Source: Dehalococcoidia bacterium
GTDB lineage: Bacteria > Chloroflexota > Dehalococcoidia > Bin125
DNA: 64,000 bases
Assembly (NCBI GenBank): GCA_965203995.1
Contig: OZ241962.1
Coordinates: 971,463-1,035,462, forward strand
Direction: 5' to 3'
Shown here: positions 31,616 through 41,204 of the stretch, piece by piece
Numbering within the stretch: the stretch's first letter is position 1
How the letters are laid out: the number at the start of each line of letters is the position of its first letter
Program-made: the position numbers and the translations under genes
The notes under the pieces: model-generated
Told to the model about the DNA's origin: nothing
The model's input: the letters and a program-made list of their open reading frames with translations, nothing else
The model's database searches: none

Positions 31616-32602
31616 ATGACGACGAGCGACGAACCGGGCATCGTGCGCCGGGCGCCCCATCTAGCGGCACTGATCGAACGCTCCGGCGGCGGGCCGATCG
31701 ACCCCGATCGGGCGCGCGGGGTGCTGCTCGGACTGGCTGTGGGCAACCTCTTGGGACTGCCGGTCGAGGGCGTCGGCCGGGAGGCGATCGAGAGCCGCTA
31801 TCCGCAGGGCATCCGCGAGATCGACCCGCGCGAGGTTCAGCGTCCGCTGGACGACGATCTCGCCCAGGCCGTCGACCTGGCGGAAGCGCTGGTCCATGAC
31901 GCAGATCCGGTTGCAGGATTCACGGAGCGGCTGGTCAGGTGGCGCAGCGAGAACGGCCGCGGGATCGGGATCATGACCTCGACCGTGATCGATTATCTCG
32001 AAGTGGGACTGGGCGTCCCGGGCGCGGCGCGAGCGTTCTGGCAGGAGCGCGGCAGCCCGGAGACTCAGCCCAACGGCGCGCTGATGCGCTGCGCGCCGGC
32101 GGCGCTCAGGTACGCGCGGCAGCCGGAGCAACTGATCGAGCAGACGGCCGCGACCTGCGCCGTCACGCACTTCGCGCCCGGCGCTCAGTGGTCCTGCATC
32201 CTGGTCAATGCCGCCATCGCGATGCTGCTGCAGGGAGCCGAGCCGAGCCGCGACGACCTCGTGCTCGCCGCCAGCCAGGACGGAGCGCCGGCCGAGATGA
32301 TCGCCTGGTCGCTGGCAGTCCCCGAAGATATCGGCCGGCGGATCGATGAGGAGCGGGTCAGCGGTCACACCTACCTGTGCATGCAGGCCGCGCTCTGGTG
32401 CTTGGATACTGCCGACAGCCTGGAGGCGGCGCTGATCCGGATCGTCAGCGCCGGCGGCGACACCGACACCAACGGAGCCGTGGCCGGCGCCGTCCTGGGC
32501 GCGCGCTACGGGGCCTCGGCGATCCCGGGGCGCTGGCTGGAGTGTGTTCCGCAGCGGGAACGGATTGACGGGGCGACCCGAGCGCTGCTGAGCGGCGGAT
32601 AG
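31616..32602 (+). CDS. ADP-ribosylglycohydrolase family protein
   Basis: GLAVGNLLG, DDDLAQ, NGALMR, TH, GGDTDTNGAVAGAVLGA. Confidence 0.9.
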   Translation: MTTSDEPGIVRRAPHLAALIERSGGGPIDPDRARGVLLGLAVGNLLGLPVEGVGREAIESRYPQGIREIDPREVQRPLDDDLAQAVDLAEALVHDADPVAGFTERLVRWRSENGRGIGIMTSTVIDYLEVGLGVPGAARAFWQERGSPETQPNGALMRCAPAALRYARQPEQLIEQTAATCAVTHFAPGAQWSCILVNAAIAMLLQGAEPSRDDLVLAASQDGAPAEMIAWSLAVPEDIGRRIDEERVSGHTYLCMQAALWCLDTADSLEAALIRIVSAGGDTDTNGAVAGAVLGARYGASAIPGRWLECVPQRERIDGATRALLSGG

Positions 32603-32605
32603 CGA

Positions 32606-33412
32606 TCAGACGCGAGCGGTGGCCGCGCCGTCGACGGCGATCGTCTCGCCGGTGATGAAACCGGAGTCAGCCGCGAGACCGACCACGGCGGCGGCGACAT
32701 CCTCGGGCTTGACCAATGCCTTGGCCGGCAGCATGCGGGCGAGGTTGCGGACGGAGTCGGCGTCGTCGCCGAAGCCGTGCTGGCCCTCGTAGATGCCGAC
32801 CTGCAGCGCGTTGACCGTGATCCCGGCGCGGGCCCATTCCTGCGAGAGCGAGCGAGTGATGGCCAGCACTCCGGCGTGCGCAGCGGCATAGGCCGACGTG
32901 TTGGCGACGCCCCGGGCGGCCAGCACCGAGACGACGTTGACGATCCGGCCGTAACCGTTGACTCGCATGACGCGCGCGGCAGCGCTGGCGACTATCGCCG
33001 GAGCGAGCAGATTGGCGGCCAGAATCGCTTGCCAGTCGGCCGGGCTCAGCTCGTCGATCGGCGCGGCGACCGGCAGGTCGGCCGCGTTGACCAGGATGTC
33101 CAGCCGGCCCAGCTCGGAAGCGGCGCGCGTGATCGCCGCGTCAACGCTGTTCTGGTCGGTCGCGTCGAGCGTAATCGCCGCGTTCTTGCGGCCCAGCGAC
33201 CAGATCTCGTTGGCCACCGAGTTGACCCGGACCACTTCCTGCGGTCCGGCGCGGAGGCCGGCGACGGCGACATCGGCGCCTGCTTCGGCCAGCGCCACCG
33301 CTGAGGCGCGGCCCAGCGGATCGCCGGCGCCGACGACCAGAGCGGCCCGATCCTTGAGCAGGAACGGATCCGCAGGCTCTTCGGGATTGGGAGTCGGGAC
33401 GAAGTCGGACAC
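32606..33412 (-). CDS. SDR-family oxidoreductase, atypical (GAGDPLG, YxxxH)
   Basis: GRLDILVNAA, GRIVNVVS, ITGETIAVDG. Confidence 0.85.
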   Translation of the reverse strand: MSDFVPTPNPEEPADPFLLKDRAALVVGAGDPLGRASAVALAEAGADVAVAGLRAGPQEVVRVNSVANEIWSLGRKNAAITLDATDQNSVDAAITRAASELGRLDILVNAADLPVAAPIDELSPADWQAILAANLLAPAIVASAAARVMRVNGYGRIVNVVSVLAARGVANTSAYAAAHAGVLAITRSLSQEWARAGITVNALQVGIYEGQHGFGDDADSVRNLARMLPAKALVKPEDVAAAVVGLAADSGFITGETIAVDGAATARV

Positions 33413-33421
33413 GGCGGCCCC

Positions 33422-34228
33422 TTATGTCGGCTCGGTCAGGCGGACGCGCGGCGCCCAACCGGTGGGACCGATCGCCGCCAGACCGCCGCCGTCCTGGGCG
33501 ATCGTCTCGCCGCTAATCCCGGCGCCGGCGTCGGACGAGAGGAAGACCGCGAGGGGTCCCATCTCCCAGGCCACACCGGCGCGGCCGACGGGAATGTAGC
33601 GGCCGCCGCGCCAGCGCTCCAGCGCCTGCGGCGTGTGCGGGAAGATGCCCGGCGCGATGCAATTGGTGCGCACGCCGGCGGGTCCGTAGGTGACGGCCAG
33701 CGAACGGGTCAGGTTGACCACACCGGCCTTGGCCGAGACGTACATCCAGTTGTCGCGACCGCCGCGCAAACCGAATCCGCTGGCCACGTTGATGATCACC
33801 CCCGAACCGCGCTCGGTCATGTGCGGCAGGACGGCGCGAGCGCAGAGCATCTGCGAGGTGAGGTTCATGTCGATGCCCCAGCGCCACTGCTCGTCGGTGA
33901 GCTGCTCCAGCGGCGAGCCGTCGCCTTCGGCGCCGCCGCCGGCGTTGTTCATCAGAATGTCGATGCGGCCGAAGCGGTCAATCGTCTCGGCCACCATCGC
34001 CTCGACGGCGGCGGGATCGGTGACGTCGGTCGCGATCGAGATCGCCTCGCCGCCGCGCTCGGCGACCAGTTCGGCCGTCTCATCGAGTTGCGACAGCGTG
34101 CGCGAAGCGCCGGCGATCCTGGCGCCGGCGTCGGCGTAGGAGAGCGCCATGGCCCGACCCAGGCCGCGTCCCGCTCCGGTGAGCAGGACGACCTGACCGT
34201 CGAGCCGGAATCGATCGGGAGTAGCCAT
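33422..34228 (-). CDS. SDR-family oxidoreductase, classical
   Basis: TGAGRGLG, NNAG, YVSAK; start at 34228. Confidence 0.9.
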   Translation of the reverse strand: MATPDRFRLDGQVVLLTGAGRGLGRAMALSYADAGARIAGASRTLSQLDETAELVAERGGEAISIATDVTDPAAVEAMVAETIDRFGRIDILMNNAGGGAEGDGSPLEQLTDEQWRWGIDMNLTSQMLCARAVLPHMTERGSGVIINVASGFGLRGGRDNWMYVSAKAGVVNLTRSLAVTYGPAGVRTNCIAPGIFPHTPQALERWRGGRYIPVGRAGVAWEMGPLAVFLSSDAGAGISGETIAQDGGGLAAIGPTGWAPRVRLTEPT

Positions 34229-34233
34229 CGTTG

Positions 34234-35115
34234 CTAGGTCGCGGCGGCTTTGCGTTGCTGGGCTGCGGAGGAGCCGCGGCCGTCGCCGAAGCGGTTGTCC
34301 CGCCACTCGAGCGCTGCCTTGAGCCCCTTCTCGCGGGACATCTTGCCGAACTCCTGGACCGCGGGCGCGAGGTGCGCCCGGGCGTCGTTCTCGGAGGCGA
34401 GCCGTTGCAACGTGCGCGCGCCCATGATCTCGAGACCAAGGTTGACGATCCGCTTGTTGGCCGAGAGCAGCTCGTGGTCGATCATCGCCATCTTGTTGGC
34501 CAGCTCCTCGACCTCGTCGTCGAGCCGGTCGGCGGGGACGGCGTCGTAGACCAGTCCGCGCTGGGCCGCCTCGGCGCCGGAAATGCTGTCGCCGGTGAGC
34601 AGCATGCGCTTGGCGAACTGCGGACCGCCGTGGTAGAGCCACATGTGAGCCGGCGGCGCGCCCATGGCGCGGACCGGCGGGAAGCCGATGATGGCGTCCT
34701 CGGCGGCGATGATGATGTCGGAGAGCAGGACCAGATCGGTGCCGCCGGCGAGGCAGTAGCCGTGCACCTTGCCGATCACCGGCTTGTGCATGTCGAAGAT
34801 CGCCATCCGCGCGCGCTGGGCCTTTTCCATGCCCCAGGTGTCGTCGTCGAACGTGACGCGGCCGCGGTAGACCTTGTCGTAGGTCTCCTGCGAGTCGCGG
34901 GTCGAACCCGTCAGGTCGTAGCCGGCCGAGAAGGCGCGACCGGCGCCGCTGAGGATCACGCAGTGGACGCCGGTGTCGTTGTCGGCCTCCCACATCGCCT
35001 GGGACAGCTCGTCCTGCAGCGCGATCGAGAGCGCGTTCAGCTTCTCCGGACGGTTGAGCGTGACATAGGCCTTGCGGTCCTCGACGCGGTAGAGAATGTT
35101 CTCAAAGTCGGTCAT
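34234..35115 (-). CDS. enoyl-CoA hydratase/crotonase family
   Basis: LNRPEKLNAL, FSAGYDL, GYCLAGG. Confidence 0.92.
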   Translation of the reverse strand: MTDFENILYRVEDRKAYVTLNRPEKLNALSIALQDELSQAMWEADNDTGVHCVILSGAGRAFSAGYDLTGSTRDSQETYDKVYRGRVTFDDDTWGMEKAQRARMAIFDMHKPVIGKVHGYCLAGGTDLVLLSDIIIAAEDAIIGFPPVRAMGAPPAHMWLYHGGPQFAKRMLLTGDSISGAEAAQRGLVYDAVPADRLDDEVEELANKMAMIDHELLSANKRIVNLGLEIMGARTLQRLASENDARAHLAPAVQEFGKMSREKGLKAALEWRDNRFGDGRGSSAAQQRKAAAT

Positions 35116-35154
35116 CGGATGGTCTCCTGGAAGGTGAAGGTTGGCAGCGCCAGT

Positions 35155-36366
35155 CTAGGGGACCAGTCCAGCGAGGCGGCCGAAGGTCGGTTGCGAGTCG
35201 AGCCGGATGATCAGATCGAGCAGTCCCGACGGCTCCCAGCTGCGGCGGCTGGGCGGCTGATCGTGAATCGGGACCAGGACGCCGGCGGCTTCGAGTTGCC
35301 GCAGGCCGTGATCGACCGCCGGCAGCGAGCGCCCGCTGAACTCTGCGGCGTCGGCCCGATTCAGGACCGGGTAGGCGGGCAGTTGATCGAGGATGAGCCA
35401 GGCGGCGGCGTCCGCGCGGGGATTCGCGTGATCGCGCAGACGCTGCCGCCACTCAGCCGCCAGTTCGGCGACTGAGGTCCGATAGCGCTCGGCCAGCGCC
35501 ACGCTGTTCAGCACGGCCACCGCGAGCGTCCCGAGCCATTCTTCGAGGTCGTCTTCGCGGTACGAAGTCAGTCCCCGGATGTAGGCGTCCCTGGCGTGTG
35601 AGAGCGCCACGCTGATCGGCGGAATCACGCGCGGCGCCAGACCGCGCCGGCGCAAGAGGATGTGGATCAGCGCCCGGCCGGTGCGTCCGTTGCCGTCGTC
35701 GAAGGGGTGAATCGTCTCGAACTGCGCGTGGGCAACGGCGGCCTGAAACAGCGGCGGCGCCTGGTCGGAGTTGCAGAAGTCGCACAGGTTCTCGATCAGA
35801 GCTGGCACCTGCTCGGGCGGCGGAGGCACGAAGTCGGCGCCGCACGGGTTGTAGTCGTTGCCGCCGATCCAGTTCTGCACCGTGCGCAGTTGCCCCGCCG
35901 TCTGCAGGTGTCCGCGCATGAGCACGTCGTGGATGTCGAGCAACTCGCGCGGACCCAGCCGTGCTACTGCCGCGGCGCGCCCGATCGCGAGCTGCATCGC
36001 CTCGACGTTGCCGATCACTTCTCGCGCCCGCGAACCGACGCGCCGACCGACCCGCCGTCTCGCCTCTGCGCGTGCGAGCGCTCGGGCATCGAGCTGAATG
36101 CCTTCGATTCGTGAAGACGCAATCGACTCGCTGCGCATGAGCAGATGGGTGAGCGGGTCGAGCAGCCGGTCGGCGGGATACTGCAGACGCTGCAGCGCGG
36201 CCTCCGCGTCGGCCAGATCGGCGGCAAGATCGACCGGCAGTCGGAAGGCGGCATCGTCGATCGCGGCCGGGATGAATGCGTCGTAGTCGCACGGTCGGCG
36301 AAAGCGTCGCGGCGCCAGGGTGTCCGTCCTGGGCTGCCAGACTCGATGGACGTATGCGCCTCGCAT
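35155..36366 (-). CDS. Fic family protein
   Basis: HPFDDGNGRTGR Fic motif; inhibitory SSRIEG motif. Confidence 0.92.
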   Translation of the reverse strand: MRGAYVHRVWQPRTDTLAPRRFRRPCDYDAFIPAAIDDAAFRLPVDLAADLADAEAALQRLQYPADRLLDPLTHLLMRSESIASSRIEGIQLDARALARAEARRRVGRRVGSRAREVIGNVEAMQLAIGRAAAVARLGPRELLDIHDVLMRGHLQTAGQLRTVQNWIGGNDYNPCGADFVPPPPEQVPALIENLCDFCNSDQAPPLFQAAVAHAQFETIHPFDDGNGRTGRALIHILLRRRGLAPRVIPPISVALSHARDAYIRGLTSYREDDLEEWLGTLAVAVLNSVALAERYRTSVAELAAEWRQRLRDHANPRADAAAWLILDQLPAYPVLNRADAAEFSGRSLPAVDHGLRQLEAAGVLVPIHDQPPSRRSWEPSGLLDLIIRLDSQPTFGRLAGLVP

Positions 36367-36394
36367 GGATTCGTTGCCTCCCGCTTCCTGAAGG

Positions 36395-36458
36395 CAAAGG
36401 TTAGCTCATATCCTTTGCTTTAAGTGGCATGAAGACAAAGGATACACACGATCCTTTG
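36395..36458. promoter_or_regulatory. two palindromic CAAAGG-N11-CCTTTG operators upstream of the fic gene
   Basis: 36395-36417 and 36436-36458, same arms and same spacer length, in an AT-rich gap. Confidence 0.7.
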
Positions 36459-36491
36459 TGTTCACAAAACGGCAGACAATGGATATGCGGC

Positions 36492-37286
36492 CTACAGGTG
36501 CTTGAGCACGCCGCCGTCGACCTGGATGGTCTGACCGGTGATGTACCCGCTCGCCTCGGACGCGAGGTAGACGGCCAGCGGCGCCGCCTCCCAGGCCTCG
36601 CCGAAGCGGCGCATGGGGATGTAGCGCAGGAGCAGGTTCTCGTCAACGCTCGACGGCCCGCGGCCGGGCGTGGAGTCGGTCCAGCCGAGCACGACCGCAT
36701 TGACCGTCGTCCCTGTCGGAGCCAGCTCCTGGCTCAGCGCCCGGACCAGGCCGATCACGCCCGACTGCGCGGCGCTGTAGATGCTGAGGTTGGTCAGACC
36801 GCGCACCGCCGAGGCGTCCAGCACGGCGATCAGCCGTCCCGGCCTGCCGCGGAACTCGCGGCTGGCGCTGCGGAAGGCGGCGTAGGTCCCGCCCAGGTTC
36901 GCCATCAGGACACGCTGGATGTCGGCGTCGAGCGTCTTGCGGATTGGCGCCGCGTGATAGAGCTGCGGGACGACGACCGCCGCGTCGAGACCGCCCAGTT
37001 CCTTGCTGATCTTGCGGGTGGCGACCTGGATGTTGGTTCCGTTGGACAGGTCGACGGACTCGTTGGGCCCGCCATCGGCCGCTTTCTTGAGCCGGAAGAG
37101 CGAAGTGCCGTCGGTGTTGGCGCTGGTTACGCCGACGGCGGCGCCGGCCTCGCGCAGCCCCTGCACGATCGCCGTGGCGGCCGGCTTCTCCGCGCCGTAG
37201 ACGATCACGCGGCGTCCGCCCAGGTCGAAGCCCTGCAGCGCGCCTTCCCCGACCTCGGGCGGTGGGAGCGGATTCTCCAGACTCAC
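36492..37286 (-). CDS. SDR-fold protein, atypical (no GxxxGxG, YxxxQ)
   Basis: LSQELAP, IPMRRFGEAWE, YITGQTIQVDGG; GTG start overlapping the upstream TGA. Confidence 0.82.
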   Translation of the reverse strand: MSLENPLPPPEVGEGALQGFDLGGRRVIVYGAEKPAATAIVQGLREAGAAVGVTSANTDGTSLFRLKKAADGGPNESVDLSNGTNIQVATRKISKELGGLDAAVVVPQLYHAAPIRKTLDADIQRVLMANLGGTYAAFRSASREFRGRPGRLIAVLDASAVRGLTNLSIYSAAQSGVIGLVRALSQELAPTGTTVNAVVLGWTDSTPGRGPSSVDENLLLRYIPMRRFGEAWEAAPLAVYLASEASGYITGQTIQVDGGVLKHL

Positions 37287-38110
37287 GAGGCCACGCCCCC
37301 GATTCCCGACTGCACGTCCCAGCCGGTCGGCGCGAGCCCGCCCGCCAGCCCGCCGCCGTCGATGATGAACGCCTCGCCGGTCATGTAAGCCGAGGCGTCG
37401 GAGGCGAGATAGACCGCCAGCGGACCCAGCTCCCAGGCCTCGCCGACGCGGCGAATCGGAATCCGCGAACCCCGGTTGCGGGCCACTGCGATCTCTTCCT
37501 GATCTTCCAGAGTCTGCTGCAGGACGAAGCCGGGCACGATGCAGTTGGCGCGGATGTCGTCCCGCGCGAGCTGCACGGCCAGAGACTGGGTCATGTTGAT
37601 CACCCCGGCCTTGGCCGCGCCGTCGACGAAGTAGACGGGGCCGCTGCCTCGCAGCGACGTGCCGGAGGAGACGGTGATGATGTTGCCCGGCTTGCCTTCC
37701 GCGAGGAAGTGCCGCACGGCGGCGCGGGCGCTGTAGAAGACGCTGGAGAAGTTGATGTCGACGGTCTCGCGCCAGTCGTCGTCGCTGATCTCGGTGACGT
37801 GCTTCATCGAGGCGGGACCGCTCGCGCCGGCGTTGGCGAGCATCACCTCGAAGCCGCCCCACTCGTCGATCGTCTGCTGCACCATCGCGTCGACCTGGGC
37901 CGAGACGCTCACGTCGGTCGGAATCGCGAGGGCGCGGCGGCCTTTGGCTTCGATCTCTGCCGCCACGCTGGCAATCTGCGACTGCGTCCGCGCCGCGCAG
38001 ACGATGTCGGCGCCAGCCTCGGCGAGGTGCAGCGCCATCTGCCGCCCGAGCCCACGGCCCGCGCCGGTGACGATCACCCGTTTGCCGTCCATCCGCAGCG
38101 ATTCCAGCAT
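37283..38110 (-). CDS. SDR-family oxidoreductase (catalytic Tyr position is Asp)
   Basis: TGAGRGLG, ANAG, VDGAAK; TACACT six nt before ATG 38110. Confidence 0.88.
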   Translation of the reverse strand: MLESLRMDGKRVIVTGAGRGLGRQMALHLAEAGADIVCAARTQSQIASVAAEIEAKGRRALAIPTDVSVSAQVDAMVQQTIDEWGGFEVMLANAGASGPASMKHVTEISDDDWRETVDINFSSVFYSARAAVRHFLAEGKPGNIITVSSGTSLRGSGPVYFVDGAAKAGVINMTQSLAVQLARDDIRANCIVPGFVLQQTLEDQEEIAVARNRGSRIPIRRVGEAWELGPLAVYLASDASAYMTGEAFIIDGGGLAGGLAPTGWDVQSGIGGVAS

Positions 38111-38232
38111 GCCGGCAGTGTACGGCGTACTTGCGCGTGCTCGGGGCCGGCGAGCGCTAACATGTTGCCCGAACACGTCCACACTCGAGGCGGCGCTCGC
38201 CGCTTCGCGCAGAGTCCTGAATGGAGCTGAAT

Positions 38233-38523
38233 ATGGCAATCGGTTTGACGGTGGAATTCACGATCGGCGAGGGCCAGAACGACGCCTTCGAGGCCTTCAT
38301 GGCCGGCGCCACGGCCAAGGTCAAGGCGGAAGACGCGGGTTGCAACAACTACGACCTGTTCCGCTCGGTCGAGGACGACACCCGCTATCTGCTCTTCGAG
38401 AACTGGGCGACCGAGGAGGACCTCACCGCCCACGGCACCTCCGAAGCGATGGCGGGCATGGCCGGCATTCGCGAGTTCACCACCGCGCGACCGGTCCTGC
38501 ACCGCTACGAGGTGCCCGACTAG
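38233..38523 (+). CDS. antibiotic biosynthesis monooxygenase (ABM) family protein
   Basis: EDAGCNNYDL...YLLFENWATEEDLTAH. Confidence 0.85.
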   Translation: MAIGLTVEFTIGEGQNDAFEAFMAGATAKVKAEDAGCNNYDLFRSVEDDTRYLLFENWATEEDLTAHGTSEAMAGMAGIREFTTARPVLHRYEVPD

Positions 38524-38553
38524 CTCAGGATCAGTAGGCAACAGGCAGAGGAT

Positions 38554-38591
38554 CCCCTCAGCCTTCGGCAGCTCCCCCTGGAAGGGGGAGC
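38554..38591 (+). repeat. REP-like palindrome copy D (CCCCTCA-GCCTTCGGC-A-GCTCCCCCT-GGA-AGGGGGAGC)
   Basis: Two hairpins after CCCCTCA; same architecture as the copy at 62146-62192. Confidence 0.7.
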
Positions 38592-38616
38592 GGGATTTCT
38601 TGGAAAGGACCACCAC

Positions 38617-40260
38617 ATGCCTGAGCAGATGGGTTCCGAACTGCTCGCCCGACAAATGGTCAATGAAGGCGTCGAGGACCTCTTCTACATCATGGGCGGA
38701 CCGATCATCGAAGCGGCCGGCTTTGCCGCCGAGCACGGCATCCGCACGATTGACTGCCGGCACGAACAGGGCGCGGCGATGGCCGCGCACGGCTACGCGC
38801 GGGTCAAGCGCCTGCCCGGCGTCTGCATGGCCGCCTCCGGACCGGCGACAACCAACCTGCTGACCGGCGTCGCCAACGCCTATCTCGATGGCGTGCCGAT
38901 GGTCGCCCTGGGCGGCGCGGCGGCGTTCTCGTCGTTCGAGCGCGACGACTTCCAGGAGTACGACCAGCTCGCGATGGCGGTGCCGGTCACGCGCTGGGCC
39001 AGCCGCGTCACGCACTCGGCGCGGATGCCGGAGTTCTTCAACCTCGCCTACCGCGAGTCGCAAGGACCGAAGCCCGGACCGACCTACCTCGACCTGCCCG
39101 GCGACACGCTCTATCAGCAGTCGGACGACGAGGCCGTCTGGTTCCCGGATGCGGGCACGGCGCGCTCGCGGCCCGGCGCCGACCCGGACGAAGTCAAGCA
39201 GGCAATCGAATTGCTGTCCAATGCCCAGCGCCCCATCGTGCTGACCGGCACCGGCATCTTCTGGTCCGACGCCTCGGCCGAGCTGCAGGAATTCGTCGAA
39301 GCGACGGGCATCCCCTTCTATACGACGCCGCAGGGCCGCGGCGTGGTACCCGAGGACCACGACCTGTGCTTCATCGCCGCCCGTTCAAAGGCCTTCCGCG
39401 AGGCCGATGTGGCGCTGGTCGTGGGCACGAGGCTCAACTTCGTCGTCGGCTCGGGCCTGCCGCCGCGCTGGGCGCCGGACCTCAAGGTGATCCACGTCGA
39501 CACCGACCCGACCGAGATCGGCCACAACAAGGAGGCGGCGGTCGGCATGGTTGCCGACGCCAAGCGCGCGCTGGTCGCGCTGACGGCTGCGGCCAGGGAA
39601 GCCAACCTCTCGCCGCCGACCGACTGGGTGGCCGACCTGCGCGAGTCGGACGACAACCGACGCCAGCAATCGCTTGAGATTGCGCATTCGTCGACCGTGC
39701 CGATCCATCCGCTGCGCCTGGCCGACGAGGTCGTGCAGCGCATGGACCGCGACGCGATCGTCTGTGTCGACGGCAACGCGACGCTCGCCTTTGCCCGGCA
39801 GTACATCCCCTCCTACGCCGAGGGCGGCCGGCTCAACCCCGGCCCCAACGGCTGCATGGGCGTGGGGCTGCCCTTTGTGCTCGGCGCCAAGGCGGCCGCG
39901 CCGGAGCGGCAGGTGATCGGCTTCGTCGGCGACGGCTCGTTCCTGATGAACGTCCAGGAGATCGACACGATGGTCCGGCACAACCTGCCCGGCGTGATCG
40001 TGATCTCCAACAACGCCGGCTGGACGGCGGGTTCGAACGACACGCCGGGTCGGCCGTTGGGCTACGGCCAGCGCTACGAGGACATCGCGGTCGCCCTGGG
40101 CGGTCACGGCGAGCACGTGACCGAGCCCGAGGAGATCGGTCCGGCGATCGAGCGCGCGATGGAATCCGGCCTGCCGGCCGTGGTCAACGTCGAGGTCGAG
40201 CAGCACGCAATGCCCGGCCAGGCCCGCTTCGGCGGATACTCGGCCACCCTCAGCCGATAG
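38617..40260 (+). CDS. thiamine-diphosphate enzyme (oxalyl-CoA decarboxylase/2-hydroxyacyl-CoA lyase-like)
   Basis: RHEQGA, GPTYLDLPGD, GCMGVG, GDGSF...NN ThDP motif. Confidence 0.9.
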   Translation: MPEQMGSELLARQMVNEGVEDLFYIMGGPIIEAAGFAAEHGIRTIDCRHEQGAAMAAHGYARVKRLPGVCMAASGPATTNLLTGVANAYLDGVPMVALGGAAAFSSFERDDFQEYDQLAMAVPVTRWASRVTHSARMPEFFNLAYRESQGPKPGPTYLDLPGDTLYQQSDDEAVWFPDAGTARSRPGADPDEVKQAIELLSNAQRPIVLTGTGIFWSDASAELQEFVEATGIPFYTTPQGRGVVPEDHDLCFIAARSKAFREADVALVVGTRLNFVVGSGLPPRWAPDLKVIHVDTDPTEIGHNKEAAVGMVADAKRALVALTAAAREANLSPPTDWVADLRESDDNRRQQSLEIAHSSTVPIHPLRLADEVVQRMDRDAIVCVDGNATLAFARQYIPSYAEGGRLNPGPNGCMGVGLPFVLGAKAAAPERQVIGFVGDGSFLMNVQEIDTMVRHNLPGVIVISNNAGWTAGSNDTPGRPLGYGQRYEDIAVALGGHGEHVTEPEEIGPAIERAMESGLPAVVNVEVEQHAMPGQARFGGYSATLSR

Positions 40261-40285
40261 CTCGGCCGGTCGATTGGCATAGGCT

Positions 40286-40313
40286 CAGGGGCGGGACACC
40301 GGTCCCGCCCCTG
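40286..40313. terminator. 12-bp perfect hairpin (terminator or REP-like)
   Basis: CAGGGGCGGGAC-ACCG-GTCCCGCCCCTG; no U tract. Confidence 0.5.
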
Positions 40314-40343
40314 TCACGTTTCACGCAGCACTGGAGTCGAGTC

Positions 40344-41168
40344 ATGGCCTCCGTCCCCGCCGAACACGCCGACCTGGTCGGCGCGCCCAACTTTGCCCAC
40401 CTCGTCACGGTCAACCGCGACGGCTCGCCCCAGTCCTCGCCGATCTGGATCCGGCCGGAGCGAGTCTCGGCCGACGGCGCGGTCGAGTCGATCTTCTTCG
40501 TCACCGGACTGCGCTACCGCAAGTCGCTGAACATGCAGCGCGAGCCGCGCGTGGCGCTTTCGATCCACGGCGCAGAGGATCCGTACCGGATGCTGGAAAT
40601 CGTCGGCACGGCGTCGTTCGAGCCGCGCAGCTCATGGGACGAGCTCGACGCGATCTCCAACCAGTACATGGGCCGCGACTACCCGTTCAAGGGCGACGAC
40701 CCGGCTGGCTGGCACGTGACCGTCGAGATCGACCGCGTGACGTTGCCCAACGGCGGCGAGCAGCCGCCCTCGGTTGAGACGCCCGCCGCCGGCTCCGACC
40801 TGCTGATGCCGCCGCACTTCGCTCACGTTGCTACGGTCAGCTCGACCGGTCAGCCGCGCTCGTCGGTCGTCTGGCACCGCCGGCCCGAAGGCGGCGGCGA
40901 GCACGACATCGAGTTCTGGACCGGCGCCGAGACGCTCAAGACCCGGCACCTGCGCAACAACCCCGCAATCGCGGTCAGCATCCACGACGAGGCTGACCCC
41001 TACCGCTACACGGAAATCCGCGGCCAGGCGCAGATCACGCCGATCGACGGGCGTCAGATGGCGAACGAACTGACCCGGCTCTACTGGAAGCTGGACGAGT
41101 TCCCCATGGACGTCAGCGAGATGAACAGCGTCGCGATCCGCGTGGAGACCACGCACCGGGTCGGCTGA
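40344..41168 (+). CDS. two-domain PPOX-class (pyridoxamine oxidase-like) F420-dependent oxidoreductase
   Basis: FAHLVTVNRDGSPQSSPIW...K..N...EPRVALSI...PYR motif present twice. Confidence 0.85.
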   Translation: MASVPAEHADLVGAPNFAHLVTVNRDGSPQSSPIWIRPERVSADGAVESIFFVTGLRYRKSLNMQREPRVALSIHGAEDPYRMLEIVGTASFEPRSSWDELDAISNQYMGRDYPFKGDDPAGWHVTVEIDRVTLPNGGEQPPSVETPAAGSDLLMPPHFAHVATVSSTGQPRSSVVWHRRPEGGGEHDIEFWTGAETLKTRHLRNNPAIAVSIHDEADPYRYTEIRGQAQITPIDGRQMANELTRLYWKLDEFPMDVSEMNSVAIRVETTHRVG

Positions 41169-41204
41169 TCGTGCGCTGAGGGTCGGCCGAACGTCGACTG
41201 AGGG

